DNA of 63,379 bases, counting the filler, from Sphacelaria rigidula (lineage: Eukaryota): the NCBI GenBank assembly GCA_964200075.2. It is 11 parts of 11 records of this genome, joined end to end, with 100 filler letters (N's around TTAATTAATTAA, not from the genome) between each part and the next. Parts side by side here need not be neighbours in the genome. Positions count along the whole stretch, not along the records: positions 57,710 to 63,379 come from CAXNAA020025403.1; 10 more parts are not named here. One strand, 5' to 3'. A model generated the notes under the pieces. It had not been told where the DNA came from and made no database searches. It was given only the letters and a program-made list of their open reading frames with translations. This document shows positions 61,646-63,379 of this stretch, in pieces. Both the position numbers and the translations under genes were made by a program. Positions within the stretch are counted from its first letter, which is position 1. Each line of letters starts with the position of its first letter.

Positions 61646-63379
61646 AGGCAGACAAAGCTGCGCACACTATTCAAGTCCTTTTAACGTCGCACTGCAAGCA
61701 GAAAAATACATATATATATACACACATATATATATATAAATATAGTCCTGCGCTGTCTGTACTGTATGCTCTGCTCGCTTGTCTTTTATGTTCTCCTGAC
61801 GGAAGTTGGCGTCGTGATTCATGCTGGATAGCTGACGGTATATACCACCCCCATGTACCCAAAGTTACAGGCATCCACTTTGTATACTATAGCCACACGT
61901 AGCGCATATGCCGCGCTAAGTCTGCAGTATATTGCACTGCACGTATATAAGCACGATATGGCACTGTCCTGCACGGTATTGTACAGTTCAGTACAGCACC
62001 AAACCGTGCTTATTGTTGTGGTCGTCATATGGCCATCAAAGGTACGCAGTGTAAAATTGCCTTCGAAGTTTTTCGCGTGTTCAATCGGAAAAATGTTATA
62101 GTATTATTGAAATGGTGGACACAGGACTGCGGGATTTTTAAAAGCTGTATATATACATACATGAGGTTCATACTGGTGTTGTACCACAAGCACAAGCTAA
62201 TGCCACATGACATGGCTGTGTGTACATACTCTCCCAATCAGTGTATGAGATTTGTAACCAGCCGAGACTGTTGAAGACTTGGATCTCTTTGCTCATTTGA
62301 GATATGAATTGGAGGGCAAGAGGATGAGTTTTCAACACTTTCTGCTGCCTCTCGAATTCCATCCGCTGATACGGTGCAGTATGTGGGACTTGGACGGCAA
62401 AAGCTGCTCGCAAATAAGTTTCTTTTTTGCCCAATTTCAGGTAATGGCGGGCAAAATGGGGATTTATTTCGAACAGCTTCTGGTTTACAAATTCCATTTG
62501 CCAGTGTATATGGGATTTTTACAGCCTTTGCTCTTCGAAATAAATATCCTTTTTGCCCGATTCTGAATTTGGAATTAGGATTCATTTCGAACAGCAGAGG
62601 CTGTACGAATTCCAGATTCCCATATAATGCATTCCTTGAAAAATACATGGGATTACAATATATTGACACAGACCTTCGAGACCCCAAAATTTACAATCCT
62701 CTAGAGGATTGTGAATACCGAAAAATCCTCTGGCGGGGATTTGAAAACGGACGGAACCGAGGATGACGTTTGGAAAATCCTCTACAAGGAAACCGAATGG
62801 CCGCGTGTGAATTGAGGTGCGATACAGTACTCACGTGATTCACCGCCAGTTGGAAGCGGTCGCGGGTCTGAAAAACACGCCTTGGGAAAAATAGTGGTCC
62901 TTGGAAGCTGCAAGCAATAAACCATGTGTTGTTAAAAAGAGAGCACCTCGAAATCAGCACTTTTCTATCGCCACTGGCGTTTGGCCGGCGGATGGGCCGT
63001 TAAAAACGGGGCCGGTAGAAATTCGGAACATTATTTTGCAGGCCACTTACCGTCCACATTTTTTGGTATTTGTGTATTGAAATTTCGTGTGGGACCTCGC
63101 TAGGACACGATGAACCAAATCAAGTGCGCCAGGTTGATATTCATATACTTTTTCAGTGGTTTAGGGCGCTTCAGTATGGTAACGGCCATTTTTTACGAGA
63201 ACACCCGAATCTCTCCCAAAAAAAGTCGAAGGCCCAATTTTTTTATTCAGCATACATCTGTGGTTCTCCATGCTAAGTTTCAAATCACAATTCTAGAAAT
63301 ATCAGCCGATTTGTAAAAATGGGGTTGAAAAACAAAAATGAGGTTCAACTCAAAAGCCATGCTTTCCCTAACCTAAATT

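Overview
This window is not one locus. It is 11 unrelated small contigs (nine of 5671 bp, then two of 5670 bp, so apparently sorted by size) joined by an artificial 100-nt linker (N44-TTAATTAATTAA-N44). The DNA is eukaryotic, intron-rich and dominated by repeats, most likely a brown alga (inferred from gene content, intron style and the retroelement families). Host gene fragments recovered by reading splice sites: two exons of an hnRNP Q/R (SYNCRIP)-like N-terminal domain joined by a GC-AG intron, three WD40 exons of SEC31, and three exons of a CBM32/F5-8C-like module. The rest is mostly decayed mobile DNA: three Ty3/gypsy pol regions with chromodomain-like tails, Ty1/copia pieces, LINE fragments, a tRNA-headed SINE-like repeat and many MITE families. 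There are also two unassigned decayed coding regions. The most interesting patterns are (i) a LINE and a non-autonomous partner that share a 3' tail and repeatedly sit inside C-runs, including one copy in each TIR of a MITE, which creates a ~1.3 kb foldback; (ii) a 91-bp TGT...ACA hairpin element with a perfect 4-bp target duplication (Ginger-like or integrase-mobilised); and (iii) TIR elements that sit in (TA)n tracts. I found no prokaryote-type system (CRISPR, defence island). All similarity calls were made by eye and need database confirmation.
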